Shown here: piece by piece, positions 45,659 through 56,237 of the stretch | How the letters are laid out: the number at the start of each line of letters is the position of its first letter | How positions within the stretch are numbered: the stretch's first letter is position 1 | Virus record (IMG/VR): IMGVR_UViG_3300033978_000724 | Span: 33,032-97,031 of that record | Length of the DNA stretch: 64,000 bases | Source: a virus | Direction: 5' to 3' (one strand) | Notes under the pieces: model-generated | What the model was told of the DNA's origin: nothing | The model's database searches: none | What the model saw: the letters and a program-made list of their open reading frames with translations, nothing else | Program-made: the position numbers and the translations under genes

Positions 45659-46147
45659 CTAAATCTTAACAACAGACGCAACCCCATTATTATAAGTGAT
45701 CTCATCAATCCCGTCACTTGGTTTCCCTTCTTTTAATGGGGTATATGCACCACTAGGGAACGTCACCCATAAATTCATTAGGATTATATCAATGACATTA
45801 TTAGGCGTGTGTGGCTTAAGTATTTCATAAGCGGCGTTGACAGCATAATCCTCTTTCCATAGAACAATGCCAAAGTCATATAACCGAGACCTCATCATTT
45901 TTTCACGTGGATCGGGTTCTTTTTCGATTTCTTCTGGGTGATAAGATTTCTTTAATAGCCAGATACACGGGTCGTCAAATTGATAAGCATCTTTTACCTT
46001 GATATAACTAGGCTCATCGGTTCCCTTAGCTAACTCTAAGGCGTTAAATAATCCATCTTGTATCTGGTCACATTCAATTATATCCTTTGCTCCTAAGATG
46101 AATAATTGGTATGACTCTTGAATGATTCTTTTTTCTGTTTCGTACAT
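45659..46147 (-). CDS. Hypothetical protein
   Basis: ACAAAGGACAA leader; hairpin 45611-45639 downstream. Confidence 0.65.
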   Translation of the reverse strand: MYETEKRIIQESYQLFILGAKDIIECDQIQDGLFNALELAKGTDEPSYIKVKDAYQFDDPCIWLLKKSYHPEEIEKEPDPREKMMRSRLYDFGIVLWKEDYAVNAAYEILKPHTPNNVIDIILMNLWVTFPSGAYTPLKEGKPSDGIDEITYNNGVASVVKI

Positions 46148-46191
46148 TTGTTTTGTCCTTTGTATGGCGATAGATTTATTCTATTGTATCC

Positions 46192-46938
46192 CTAGGATTG
46201 AATCACAGGCATTTCATCATAAGTCAATCCATTTAATTTCCTCTCAAGTGTTGAAGGTCTGTACCCGCTCCATTGCTTAAAGAAGAATGGAATATTTTTA
46301 CTCTGGCATTGACTTAATATATTTTCGATCCACTCCTGCTTGATCTCTCTGAACCTGGGACCAGATTCACCCCCGACAATCACCCAATGAATACCGTCTA
46401 AATCCATGTCTAGGTCGCTTAATAAAGGTTCACAGGAAAGGAATTTTATACAGGCATCAGTCTTTTTCAGTGACTCGACTCTCTCTACATATTGCTGACT
46501 CTCCACTGAGACACCCATCCAGATATTATTAGTCCAGGTTAGTTCGTTACTGATACTCTCTAATCGTTCATGTCGCTTGGTTAATACCTGGAAAGTATGC
46601 TGAGGATTATCATTCATCACCTGAAATACTTTCTTGATAAACTCAAGAGGTACGTCATTGTGAAATAAATCGCTCATTGAATTAACAAAATAAACCGTTG
46701 ACTTCTTTTTCTTTTTAGGTTTATCTAAAGCTGATTCAACTAAAGCAACTTTTCCCGTCCATCCTTTATCGTCCACTACGTCCTGATAGGATTCTACTCC
46801 CATCGCTTTTAATCTTTTTGCCATACCTTCTGCATAGCAATTAGCACAGCCGGGACTTGTTTTTTTACAGCCAACTAATGGATTCCAGGTTTCTCCTTGT
46901 GTGCCATCTTGATTCTTTACCCATTGTATTTTTGTCAT
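46192..46938 (-). CDS. Phage Gp37/Gp68 (DUF5131) radical-SAM-like protein
   Basis: TWNPLVGCKKTSPGCANCYA, FVNSMSDLFH, LTKR, SCEPLL, WVIVGGESG, FFFKQW. Confidence 0.92.
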   Translation of the reverse strand: MTKIQWVKNQDGTQGETWNPLVGCKKTSPGCANCYAEGMAKRLKAMGVESYQDVVDDKGWTGKVALVESALDKPKKKKKSTVYFVNSMSDLFHNDVPLEFIKKVFQVMNDNPQHTFQVLTKRHERLESISNELTWTNNIWMGVSVESQQYVERVESLKKTDACIKFLSCEPLLSDLDMDLDGIHWVIVGGESGPRFREIKQEWIENILSQCQSKNIPFFFKQWSGYRPSTLERKLNGLTYDEMPVIQS

Positions 46939-46970
46939 GTTTTATCTCCTTTGTATGTGTGTTTATTTTA

Positions 46971-48467
46971 TTAATAGTTAGGACCTATTTCTTTACCTCT
47001 GGTTGATGCCACTACCCTATTGAAATCATCAACTAACTTCAAATCCTTAAACTCAAAATGCACCGTCCCTTTTTTATAAGGCTTCATCCTAAAAAACTCA
47101 CTTTCACAAGGGGACTCTTTTTTGCTCCTGAGATAATCTGACATAGCCATATAACTTGAGTAGATATTATCAAACGTCTTGCCCGCTAAGAAGCAACACG
47201 CCTTGTCTAGGTCATCGTAAAAGGCTCTTGCTGAGTAATTAACAGAAATACCAGGACCCCATTTGTCAGATTGCACAGCGTGAGGGTGAATAATCTTTTT
47301 ACTCATCTTATAAGACTTATTGGTTTTCCATCCCTCACTATTGGCTAGTGTGTAACTATGATACCTGGAGCAATCATCAAATACCTGAACGACACATTGC
47401 TCCATTATCTCTGATTGATTAAGCAGGAAAAACTCTAAAACGTCCTTAACATTCTGTTCATTAAAAGCCATGTGGGATTGAATCTTAGCACCTTGCTCAA
47501 ATTGTTGCCTATAACTTTCTGTGGTGCGTTGACCGATTTTAGTCCGAGTAAAAACAGTCTGCCAGAACCTGCTTTTTAATACCTCTATTTGGTCAGAAAT
47601 ACTATACTTCATTTCAAATATTTCCTTAGTATCCATCCGATCATGAGAACCACGTACCGGCCAATCAATATTGTCTAGGTAGATGTCTAATAATTGTTGT
47701 TCTTGATGTCTTTTGCGGAGTATCTCTACACAGCCGTTATACCTGGAAACCAAATCAGAGACGACATTAGACTTGACCAACATATCCGGGTTAACTGTTG
47801 ACCAGTCGGTGTAGTCTTTTTCAAACTCAACCCCGTCAAAGATACTTGTTTTTTTATTCTCTGGTTTCTTTAACCAAACACAAGCGACATTAACATTGGT
47901 AGGGTGTTCGCTATCACTAAACACGGGGCCTAACTCTTCATAATGACCATACAAATCAATTAAGTCAGCTAATCTTTGACGTGGTTTATTGGTGACTGAC
48001 AAGACTGATTCTGCATTCAACAAACAAGCTACCACACCTCCGTCATCTAACAAATCCCAGGCATGAAATAAATGATCCAGCCCGTCGTTAAACGGTGGAT
48101 TCATCAAGATAGTTTTAAACTTTTTCTCATTGACGGGATACCTTAAAAAGTCCGATGTAAGAACTTTATACCCCTTGCCTTGCAGTACCAACCTGAGATG
48201 ATAGTCAATTTCAATAGCAAAACATTCTGACTTATGGGGATATTCATACTTGCTTTTTCTTCTTCTTTCAAACAGATCGTCGTCATCTGGTTCTTTTAGC
48301 AAGTAATCCAATATATGACCAAACCCGGCTTCTGGCTCCAATAACGGACCATGTATTTTACTGAATCGCCCATTGACCTCGTTCATTTTTTTGACACCCG
48401 TTATCATCTTTTCGATAGTCGGGTCGGGCGTAGGATATAACTGATTTTCTTTTTCTGTTGCAAACAT
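46971..48467 (-). CDS. Amino-methyltransferase with DUF4942-like C-terminal domain
   Basis: YPTP, LEPEAGFG, ILMNPPF; GWKTN..DDLDKA..YKKGTVHFEF. Confidence 0.88.
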   Translation of the reverse strand: MFATEKENQLYPTPDPTIEKMITGVKKMNEVNGRFSKIHGPLLEPEAGFGHILDYLLKEPDDDDLFERRRKSKYEYPHKSECFAIEIDYHLRLVLQGKGYKVLTSDFLRYPVNEKKFKTILMNPPFNDGLDHLFHAWDLLDDGGVVACLLNAESVLSVTNKPRQRLADLIDLYGHYEELGPVFSDSEHPTNVNVACVWLKKPENKKTSIFDGVEFEKDYTDWSTVNPDMLVKSNVVSDLVSRYNGCVEILRKRHQEQQLLDIYLDNIDWPVRGSHDRMDTKEIFEMKYSISDQIEVLKSRFWQTVFTRTKIGQRTTESYRQQFEQGAKIQSHMAFNEQNVKDVLEFFLLNQSEIMEQCVVQVFDDCSRYHSYTLANSEGWKTNKSYKMSKKIIHPHAVQSDKWGPGISVNYSARAFYDDLDKACCFLAGKTFDNIYSSYMAMSDYLRSKKESPCESEFFRMKPYKKGTVHFEFKDLKLVDDFNRVVASTRGKEIGPNY

Positions 48468-48786
48468 TTATTTTGTCCTTTGTATTTGCGTCAACAATAC
48501 CAATATAACACGGTTAACTATGGAATAACCAAATATAACTCTTTTGTATCTGACTCTACTTCTCTGATAAGTATTTGTTATATGGGGTGACTCCCCTCCG
48601 ATCACTCTTATTGTTGGTATGTCAAAATAAGTTGTAACAATAGGGTGTGTGAAATGAGATTATTATTTATTGCGGACGATGTTTGTATGGGGATTTTATT
48701 CTTAGGTCAAATGGTTGTCTGTTGGTGTTCATGGGTGTTATTTAATGATTATAGGAGTTAAAATATATTAAAACACAGGAGTAAAA

Positions 48787-49581
48787 ATGGTTAATTTAAA
48801 TATACCTTATCTCAGTCAGCTAGACAATCGCTTAAATCCTTACGGATCATGCAATGTAACGTCAGCGGCGATGGCGTTACATTGGGCAGGTATCAATGTT
48901 CATCCTGATACTTTATACCAAGAAATGTTAAACAAGGGGTTGTCGAGGCATAGCCCTTATGATTTAGCTATTCTAATTGAGGATAAGGGAGCGATAGATA
49001 CTTTCCTTCCTAACGCCAATATTCAAGATATTAAGGCTCATATAAAAGAAGGTAATCCGGTGATTGTGCATGGTTACTTTACCGGGTTTGGTCACATAAT
49101 TGTCATCAAAGGTTTTGACGATTATAACTTTATTTGCCATGATCCGTATGGTGAATGGTATTCTAGTGGGTATCAAATCAATGGGACAAAACATTACGGA
49201 AAAGACATCAAATATTCCTTTAATTTAATTCAGGAATTATGTGATGAGAATGGTATCTGGACCCACTTCTGCGAGTCAAAAGGAGTGAATCCACCCCCTA
49301 GACCAGCGGTAACACCTCGGTATCAAGGAATGTCCTTACAAGATATTTTTCATGATGATTTGTCCGTAACTCATTCAGAAATATTTAATGTAGAAGTCCG
49401 CATCAACTTTCAAATACAAGTCACTTTAGGCGAGAGGTACGAAGGAAGAAGAGACGCTATCTTTGGACCTAAAACTCAGAAGGCATTAAATAGTTATTGC
49501 CAAGAAATAGGCTTACCTGCTGACCCTATTCAAAAGCCTTTAGCTAAATTGTTGATTGAAGGTAAAGCTAAATTAAGATGA
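48787..49581 (+). CDS. Endolysin: C39-like peptidase plus peptidoglycan-binding domain
   Basis: PYLSQLDN..GSCNVTSAAM, GHIIVIKG, HDPYG; C-terminal DAIFGPKTQKAL. Confidence 0.85.
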   Translation: MVNLNIPYLSQLDNRLNPYGSCNVTSAAMALHWAGINVHPDTLYQEMLNKGLSRHSPYDLAILIEDKGAIDTFLPNANIQDIKAHIKEGNPVIVHGYFTGFGHIIVIKGFDDYNFICHDPYGEWYSSGYQINGTKHYGKDIKYSFNLIQELCDENGIWTHFCESKGVNPPPRPAVTPRYQGMSLQDIFHDDLSVTHSEIFNVEVRINFQIQVTLGERYEGRRDAIFGPKTQKALNSYCQEIGLPADPIQKPLAKLLIEGKAKLR

Positions 49582-49938
49582 TTTATCATCTAAGCCAGGT
49601 ATTGCTGTTTTGTTCTCTGGCAATATCTGGTTTATTGTCCTTAATATTTCTGATGACAAAATACACGCACAATTTGTTTTGTTTTGCAGATCAAACATCT
49701 CCACTTTTGCTCTAATTTTTTCGATCTCGTCTTTATACATTTCTTCTCGCTTAAAACAATATTCAGCATCCTCTGTTAGCTCCACAATCTTTTCTTGATA
49801 GGCTTTATTCATCTCCTTTATTCGTTTATTTCCCACGGCATCAGAGATAATTTGTAATATGCTAGTCAGTACACCACCTGTAAACAATAGAGTGGTAAAG
49901 TCTAACCAAACCGGCCGACACTCCTCAACTACTTGCAT
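49573..49938 (-). CDS. Membrane-anchored coiled-coil protein (lysis accessory?)
   Basis: One hydrophobic segment then coiled coil; convergent on the endolysin. Confidence 0.5.
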   Translation of the reverse strand: MQVVEECRPVWLDFTTLLFTGGVLTSILQIISDAVGNKRIKEMNKAYQEKIVELTEDAEYCFKREEMYKDEIEKIRAKVEMFDLQNKTNCACILSSEILRTINQILPENKTAIPGLDDKSS

Positions 49939-50191
49939 TATTTCTTCTGACTGTGTACTTAGAACAATTAACGCTGTGGACCAACGAAGTAACATACCAC
50001 GCTCCTAATATAAAAGAAACACCCTCCAAACATATAATAAATTCTATGCCTGACTTAGCGACAAAAGCAAAGAATAAAAGATTTAAACTTATCAGGTATA
50101 AAGCCATTTTCTTAGCATCTTTACGCTTATCTCTGAACAAGCAAAACGCAATAGTGAATATCATCAATGAATGCAACTGATCTAATGCCAT
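49925..50191 (-). CDS. Holin candidate (three hydrophobic segments)
   Basis: 88 aa, mostly hydrophobic, near the endolysin. Confidence 0.45.
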   Translation of the reverse strand: MALDQLHSLMIFTIAFCLFRDKRKDAKKMALYLISLNLLFFAFVAKSGIEFIICLEGVSFILGAWYVTSLVHSVNCSKYTVRRNNASS

Positions 50192-50262
50192 AATATTACC
50201 TAAAATGATACACCCTAATCTTAACTGGTTTACCGCAGGAAAATGGGAATCCTCATAATTAT

Positions 50263-50715
50263 TTAATTAATTATTTGAATAGATTGCGGATCAACTGGTT
50301 CCGGTTCGGCTGTTTGCATTGGTGTAGGGATTTTACTCCCCTTCAATAAAGAACAGGTTTTCCCTACATTGCGGGGATATGTACTAAACTTAGCCATCAC
50401 ATAAATATTCCCCCCGATTGCATTATCAAACCCCTTAAAATACTCCACAAGATAATTGCCTTCACCCTTTTTGTAGAAGGAACAAAGGCCGTCTGTTGAT
50501 TCAGCCAGTAAATCGGTATTATCAATGTTGATAGGCGGTCTGATATAAGCATCAATATACTTATATCCACCCCAGCCAAGTAACCCGATGGAGACAACTC
50601 CACCCACTAAAAATATAGTATGAGCTATATGTTTAAACGAACCAAGGCTGTTGACTAAATCAGATGTTGATTTAGTTGCGATCTGTATCCTGCCTGACAG
50701 TCTATCTTCATCCAT
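50263..50715 (-). CDS. Single-pass membrane protein
   Basis: GGAGG RBS before MDEDRL; hydrophobic IFLVGGVVSIGLLGWGGY. Confidence 0.6.
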   Translation of the reverse strand: MDEDRLSGRIQIATKSTSDLVNSLGSFKHIAHTIFLVGGVVSIGLLGWGGYKYIDAYIRPPINIDNTDLLAESTDGLCSFYKKGEGNYLVEYFKGFDNAIGGNIYVMAKFSTYPRNVGKTCSLLKGSKIPTPMQTAEPEPVDPQSIQIIN

Positions 50716-50794
50716 AGTTATATCCTCCAATTATCTCTATTGTAGTCATAATAATAGGCAAATCTATCACTGTCAGTAACAGTTTATAGATTGG

Positions 50795-51409
50795 TTAAAA
50801 GATTTTATCTATCTCTATCTCAATATCTTTTTGCACTAACTCCATAGGGCGATCTGCGTTTATCTTGCTAACATTATTTGGTGATTGATAAAGAAAGTCA
50901 AACCCTTCTTTTACCCGCCGATAAAAGTCTATCCCTAATTTATCTAATCTATCTTGCTCCCTGCCTTTCATTCGCTCCATACACATTTCCACAGAAGCAT
51001 CTAAATAAAAGACATGATTTATTAATATCGGCCTGATAAACTCTGGTATTCTAGCGATTAATCTAGGGTCAACTTCATAACCAAATTCATGATAAGAAAT
51101 TGTCGAATCAATGAACCTATCACACAAGACTATTTTCCCTTCTGCCAATGCCGGTTTAATTAGTGATTCTACATGGTGAGAATGATCTGCTATGAATAAC
51201 AACAATTGAGCGACAGGGTTTAAATTAGGTTCGTCTATTAGGATGTTCTTTAACTTTATACCTACGTCGGTTTTACTTGGAGCTGATGTAGTTATTATTT
51301 GGGATGGATCGCATTTTAATTTATTTATTAAATATTGTTTTAATAGGATTATTTGGGTTGACTTGCCGGAGCCGTCTAGTCCTTCAAATATTATTAGTTT
51401 TCCTGTCAT
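50795..51409 (-). CDS. tmk: Thymidylate (dTMP) kinase
   Basis: IIFEGLDGSGKST P-loop, VLCDRF; start MTGKL. Confidence 0.93.
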   Translation of the reverse strand: MTGKLIIFEGLDGSGKSTQIILLKQYLINKLKCDPSQIITTSAPSKTDVGIKLKNILIDEPNLNPVAQLLLFIADHSHHVESLIKPALAEGKIVLCDRFIDSTISYHEFGYEVDPRLIARIPEFIRPILINHVFYLDASVEMCMERMKGREQDRLDKLGIDFYRRVKEGFDFLYQSPNNVSKINADRPMELVQKDIEIEIDKIF

Positions 51410-51464
51410 GTTTTTGGTGTGGTATAATGGCTGTATTGTAACAAATACAAAGGACAAAAGAACA

Positions 51465-51728
51465 ATGACTAAAGAACCAAGAGATATGACCTGGAGAGAA
51501 TTAATAAATGAAGCTGTGGCAGAAAAAGGCGACACTGGCAAGGAAATTATTTGTACTCTACCAATAGAAGTGCTAGATAAAGAAGTTAATTGTAATGATG
51601 AAAACTGGACGGCATGGTGTGGTGATTGGATATACACGCCCGGCTGGGAATTTGAAGTTAATCCGTATATTTATTCTAGTAGGAGAAATCCTGATGATGA
51701 CCCGAAAAATACTAAGTGGAGTAGTTAG
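51465..51728 (+). CDS. Hypothetical phage protein
   Basis: ACAAAGGACAA leader; TAWCGDWIY..RRNP shared with the next ORF. Confidence 0.7.
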   Translation: MTKEPRDMTWRELINEAVAEKGDTGKEIICTLPIEVLDKEVNCNDENWTAWCGDWIYTPGWEFEVNPYIYSSRRNPDDDPKNTKWSS

Positions 51729-51731
51729 TCG

Positions 51732-52021
51732 ATGGAAATCAAAAAGATAATTAATGCTAGGTGTCAATCCCTAAGACAATCATTACAAGAAAGACTAGAT
51801 ACTGATGGTTATAAATGGATGACCTAATTCACCATCTAACTGATGAAGAATTGGATAGACCAGATATAGATGAAGACTCTAAAATGACAGCATGGTGTGG
51901 CGAGTGGGTTTACTTCTTAGTTTGGTATGACGGGTTTATGTGGATAGGGCAAGCACCACGCAATCCATGTGATTACAAGATGTTCGCTCAAGGTAGTGAG
52001 TATATGGATGTAAATACTTAA
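51732..52021 (+). pseudogene. Paralog of the previous gene with an apparent 1-nt deletion near 51814
   Basis: MEIKK..LRQSLQERLDTDGYKW joins DDLIHHLTDEELD..TAWCGEWVY..PRNP if one base is added. Confidence 0.5.
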
Positions 52022-52060
52022 AACAAAACCCCTGACGATTTAACTCAGGGGTTTTGTTTT
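52021..52060. terminator. Bidirectional terminator
   Basis: AAACAAAACCCCTGA..TCAGGGGTTTTGTTT. Confidence 0.85.
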
Positions 52061-55000
52061 ATTTACTACTACCAATTAAACACTTATCACTATCGCAACC
52101 AGCGGGACCCGCCTCAAACATTTCCCCAAAGTCATACTTTCTGAGTGCCTCATGAAAATCATCATTTTTACGACGTTCTAACATCTCCCGTACCAACCGA
52201 TCATGTGTTTCCTTATCTATCGGCTCAAACGGCAATCTAGGGAACGTCTGAAGGTCGTCAAACCGAGCTAATAAAGCTGATGAAATATAACCCTCATCCT
52301 CATCAATTGCCTTGAATATTCTCTCCCCTAATAACTCAATTTCATTCTCTCTAAATTCCAATGTTGCGGAAGTGTTATGAGTTACATAATGTTGTTGTAC
52401 TTGCATATAGAAGTCAAATTGAGCTAAGGCAGTGAAGTTATGAATATCAATTTGATCTGCACCCGGTAAATTAGCCCAACACACCTCAACTGGTATCTCC
52501 ACTAACCACTCAGTACATCTCGGATCATACGGATCATTGAGTAAATGACCATTCTCATCTTTATCTGATTGCGATGGAATAACATTATATCCATAATCAA
52601 TACAGGCTAAAGCAACCGGGTCATCACGTCTAAATGTAATTCTTCTGATGAACCTCTGAGATTTAGGGGGATGCCAACCGGGTGAAGCACCTGTTAGTAA
52701 AGACTTGGATCCGCTAGGCTGGACTGTTGTACACCGATTAGGGCGACGTAATTTATGCCGATCACAATACTCCCAAATAGTCTCATGCACAATATTCTTC
52801 CAATGGTCTAAAAACTCCTGTTCTTTTTCCTTGAAATAAACAGCGGCATTCCTTACCGACAACCCGCCTAATACACGGACTTCTATTCTGTAATAATCAG
52901 GTCGTCCAGCTTCCCACCATTTAAGCCAATCCACACCAAAAGCATTAACAAAGAAATCAAATAACCCGGTAAAACTCACCCCGACAATCGGATCAATTTC
53001 CCTGCTATATTGGTATCTCTCCACAGTAAACTCATGATTTAAAAGTGTGGCAACAGAAATAGCGGCAGCTTTAAATGCTTTTTCCTGTGCCTCAATATCT
53101 TCGGGGTCTATCTGGTTTAAATGTACTTCTGCTAAGTTACAGAAGTTATTACTCATGATGATTTCACCGCAATTATGGGCGATGAACCCGTTACAATCAA
53201 AGTAGTTTAGCCCTGGTATGGAGCAATCATAGACAGGTTTTTCTCCAGTAGGAATAATCTCTTTTACCGTAGCTTTCATGATGTCATCAGAAAAAGGTAT
53301 TTTGTTCTCATCCTCTGGTTGGAAATACCAGGTCATCAACTCTCTTAATGTATCCCGATCCTCTGAAACAATAGCTAATCGCAACATATCAGGAATACCA
53401 CTAGGACCAATGAAAGAATATACTCCCAACCAAATCAGATGACGTTGTGCTTTCTCTAAAAACTCCCTATTAGGATGATCGACAACTATCTTTTTGTCCT
53501 CAAGGTTTAACTCTGAATTATTGGTGAAAACATTTTCCATCAACCACTCTAAGGATTCATTATCTACATATCCTTTATGATTATTCAATAATAATTCATC
53601 GCCTAATAACAGCATCCCCGCCTTTACCCATTCGCCATCAGGAGTTTGTAATTTGTGGTCATCTGTTAGCTCAATACTAAAACCTTCTTCTGTGGTTATT
53701 TTAAAAGTCTTTTTAACTCCTGATAACCAGAACCCTTCTTCATTTGATAAGTGTTCTTTACCGTTGACTATTGCGGTAAATTGGTCGTCTATCAACTCTT
53801 TAACTTGTTTAGGTCCTTCTGAAGTTAACACCCAATTATCGGCGGTCAAGCATGGGTTTAATCCATAGCGTGCCAATCGGTGTTCTATTTCCTTGTCCGA
53901 TATATCTCCTAATGTTTCTTTGATTAATTCTTTGAGTGTGCCGTTTTGGTGTGCCTCTAATACTAATTTTTTCCCATTAGTACCTAGTTTATCAATGACA
54001 TCAATATTAGCTCTAGCAATAGATTCACCCACCCACTGAATAGCACCCTCGCCGGAATAGTATTGTTTTCTTACCGCATCAATACATTCTTGTTTGGTCG
54101 GTTTTTGGTGGAATACTCTGGTATGGTTACTCATCCGTAAAGCGTCACGTTCTGGATCAATAAACCATTTGCCATTTGGGGTTTGTTGCCATAAATTATC
54201 CTTGGCTGTTTCAAATGTTTTGTCGTATTGACATCCCTGTTTCATGCCGGCACTTCGCCTCACGTTCCCTGCCACGATCGCTTTAGCAGAAATATCAATT
54301 AATAAACAACACTCAACAGAGTTTAATTGGCGACCAACTGCTTTATTTAAAACACTGGCACAATTGATAAAGGTATCAGCAAGTAAAATAGGATTAGAAA
54401 TTCCCCCAAACCCATTTAATCTTTCACCCGCCGGTCTAACATTGCTTAAATCAATATTCACATTAATTAGGTGACCAAACGCCCCATAAGTATCATCAGA
54501 TGACAACTCTAATAGCATCCGGTAAGCATCAACCCAGCCTTTTCTACTATCACCACAGATAATAGTTATCTCATTTTGACCAGCAACTAAGGACGAGTTT
54601 TCTTGTCTTAATTCCTTTTGCTGGGTCCCTATTGCTTTAGATATTCTGAGATTAATTGAGTTAATAATCTTTGGTAATTGATTAATATATTTAGGCTCTA
54701 CTACCGCCCCAGCACCACAACCCATCATGGTTACATCCATCACTAAAGCGAACGCTTCCCATGAATCAATAATAGTGGAGGAGCAGTTGTAAACCCCTGG
54801 GAAATTATCTGGCTTTTCTGCCCAATCCGTGCCACCTACCCAAAGATAGCGACCTGACGTAAGTGCTTTTAATTCTTTTTGTTGGTTATAAATTAACTCA
54901 GCTTCGGCTAAGGATAATTGTCCTAATTTAGCCAGTCCTTGTGTTGTTCTCTGGCATACATCTAGCCAGTTTTCTCTACTGTCATTGTTTCTTCTGGAGT

Positions 55001-55061
55001 ATGTTCTGTAAAAAACAGGATAGGCTGTTAGATGTTCTTCAAACGTAGAAATTATTGTCAT
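52059..55061 (-). CDS. nrdJ: Class II (adenosylcobalamin) ribonucleoside-triphosphate reductase with intein
   Basis: FYRTYSR, YNCSS, VAGNVRRSA, NP/CGEI, TTVQPSG, C-terminal CDSDKC. Confidence 0.95.
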   Translation of the reverse strand: MTIISTFEEHLTAYPVFYRTYSRRNNDSRENWLDVCQRTTQGLAKLGQLSLAEAELIYNQQKELKALTSGRYLWVGGTDWAEKPDNFPGVYNCSSTIIDSWEAFALVMDVTMMGCGAGAVVEPKYINQLPKIINSINLRISKAIGTQQKELRQENSSLVAGQNEITIICGDSRKGWVDAYRMLLELSSDDTYGAFGHLINVNIDLSNVRPAGERLNGFGGISNPILLADTFINCASVLNKAVGRQLNSVECCLLIDISAKAIVAGNVRRSAGMKQGCQYDKTFETAKDNLWQQTPNGKWFIDPERDALRMSNHTRVFHQKPTKQECIDAVRKQYYSGEGAIQWVGESIARANIDVIDKLGTNGKKLVLEAHQNGTLKELIKETLGDISDKEIEHRLARYGLNPCLTADNWVLTSEGPKQVKELIDDQFTAIVNGKEHLSNEEGFWLSGVKKTFKITTEEGFSIELTDDHKLQTPDGEWVKAGMLLLGDELLLNNHKGYVDNESLEWLMENVFTNNSELNLEDKKIVVDHPNREFLEKAQRHLIWLGVYSFIGPSGIPDMLRLAIVSEDRDTLRELMTWYFQPEDENKIPFSDDIMKATVKEIIPTGEKPVYDCSIPGLNYFDCNGFIAHNCGEIIMSNNFCNLAEVHLNQIDPEDIEAQEKAFKAAAISVATLLNHEFTVERYQYSREIDPIVGVSFTGLFDFFVNAFGVDWLKWWEAGRPDYYRIEVRVLGGLSVRNAAVYFKEKEQEFLDHWKNIVHETIWEYCDRHKLRRPNRCTTVQPSGSKSLLTGASPGWHPPKSQRFIRRITFRRDDPVALACIDYGYNVIPSQSDKDENGHLLNDPYDPRCTEWLVEIPVEVCWANLPGADQIDIHNFTALAQFDFYMQVQQHYVTHNTSATLEFRENEIELLGERIFKAIDEDEGYISSALLARFDDLQTFPRLPFEPIDKETHDRLVREMLERRKNDDFHEALRKYDFGEMFEAGPAGCDSDKCLIGSSK
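53172..53852 (-). mobile_element. Intein (227 aa) at the RNR active-site NP/CGE
   Basis: Begins CLTADNWV, block B LTDDH, ends VYDCSI..FIAHN followed by Cys+1. Confidence 0.93.
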
Positions 55062-55065
55062 AACC

Positions 55066-55920
55066 TCAATAATTGGTGATTAAAATTTCTGGTACAACAC
55101 CTCTTTTTTCGCTATTAGAATTTACATTCCTATTGGCTAATAAAGTATGTTGGTTATAGTCTTTATACAAGTCTGAAATGAATGGAGTAAAGTTATTACT
55201 CACCATGATTTTAGCACCTTTGCGGGTGAGTTGCTCTATCGCCGTTTTTAGTCTGATTTGGTCGTCTTTTGTGAATCCATTTTGAGAGTAGCCAACAAAA
55301 TTAGATGTAACAGAAACCGGGTCATACGGTGGATCAAGATAAATAAAATCATTTATTCCAGCGTCTTGTATTGTCGTCTCGAAATCACCCTGATAGATAT
55401 TTATATTCTGCAAATACTCGCTACATTCTTCGAGTGTTTGCTCACAAATAAAATCCGGGTTGATGTAACGCCCAAATGAAACATTGCATTCACCGTTTTT
55501 ATTTACTCGCCACAACCCATTGAAACCACATTTATTAATGTAAATAAATCTAGCCGCCCTTTCTTCTGGAGAATACTTTTTAATATAATCTTTTTCTTTA
55601 TCCCATCCTCTTATTTCTGAGAAAAAATCAAAATCATATCTAAAACACTTAAGTAAATTCACTACCGCAATGTAATCTTTTTTCACGCATTGGTAAACAG
55701 TTATTAACTCGTGATTGATGTCGCTTATCATCGCTTGCTTTGGTAGTAGATGGAATAGCAACGCACCGCCGCCGATGAATGGTTCGTAATAGTTATTGAA
55801 TGTTTTGGGGAGATGTGGAATTATTTGATTGATTAATTGTCTCTTGCCACCTACCCACTTTAGGAATGGTTTTAAAGTGGGTTTTGCTGTGGGGATGTTT
55901 AGGTCTAGGGTTAGTTGCAT
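55066..55920 (-). CDS. dam: Dam-family DNA adenine methyltransferase
   Basis: FLKWVGGK, EPFIGGG, FNGLWRVN, YLDPPY. Confidence 0.92.
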   Translation of the reverse strand: MQLTLDLNIPTAKPTLKPFLKWVGGKRQLINQIIPHLPKTFNNYYEPFIGGGALLFHLLPKQAMISDINHELITVYQCVKKDYIAVVNLLKCFRYDFDFFSEIRGWDKEKDYIKKYSPEERAARFIYINKCGFNGLWRVNKNGECNVSFGRYINPDFICEQTLEECSEYLQNINIYQGDFETTIQDAGINDFIYLDPPYDPVSVTSNFVGYSQNGFTKDDQIRLKTAIEQLTRKGAKIMVSNNFTPFISDLYKDYNQHTLLANRNVNSNSEKRGVVPEILITNY

Positions 55921-56204
55921 TATATTCTCGTCCCGTCGTAATGATTCTCTGCATACTGTGGCATCAAATAAAAATAAATATTCCCATTAATATCTTTAGT
56001 TCCCGTCACCGGATATTTAATATCTTGATGCACCACAAAACCAGTAAAACTCTGGGTGCGAGAGTGAGGAAAGTCACCTTTGATAGAGTAATTTATCCCA
56101 GTGATGTCATTGGTTTTCCACGCCATAGGAGCGTAGAAAGAAACGATATTATTTAGATTTGCCCGTACCGTAATCACTCTACATTCTTGACCATTTACTA
56201 ACAT
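55920..56204 (-). CDS. Hypothetical protein
   Basis: AGGAG RBS; TAATG coupling to dam. Confidence 0.6.
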   Translation of the reverse strand: MLVNGQECRVITVRANLNNIVSFYAPMAWKTNDITGINYSIKGDFPHSRTQSFTGFVVHQDIKYPVTGTKDINGNIYFYLMPQYAENHYDGTRI

Positions 56205-56237
56205 TTACAAAAGCTCCTAGTGTGTTATAATTAGAGG

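Noticed and set aside
48654-48761. 35-aa hydrophobic ORF upstream of the endolysin as a holin or type I toxin
   Set aside because: No clear RBS and it overlaps the probable endolysin promoter; insufficient support.
50795-51728. Long overlapping N-terminal extensions of tmk and of the divergent ORF, and similar extensions at 22731, 24464 and 36640
   Set aside because: Internal starts match family N-termini or RBS motifs and remove the overlaps.
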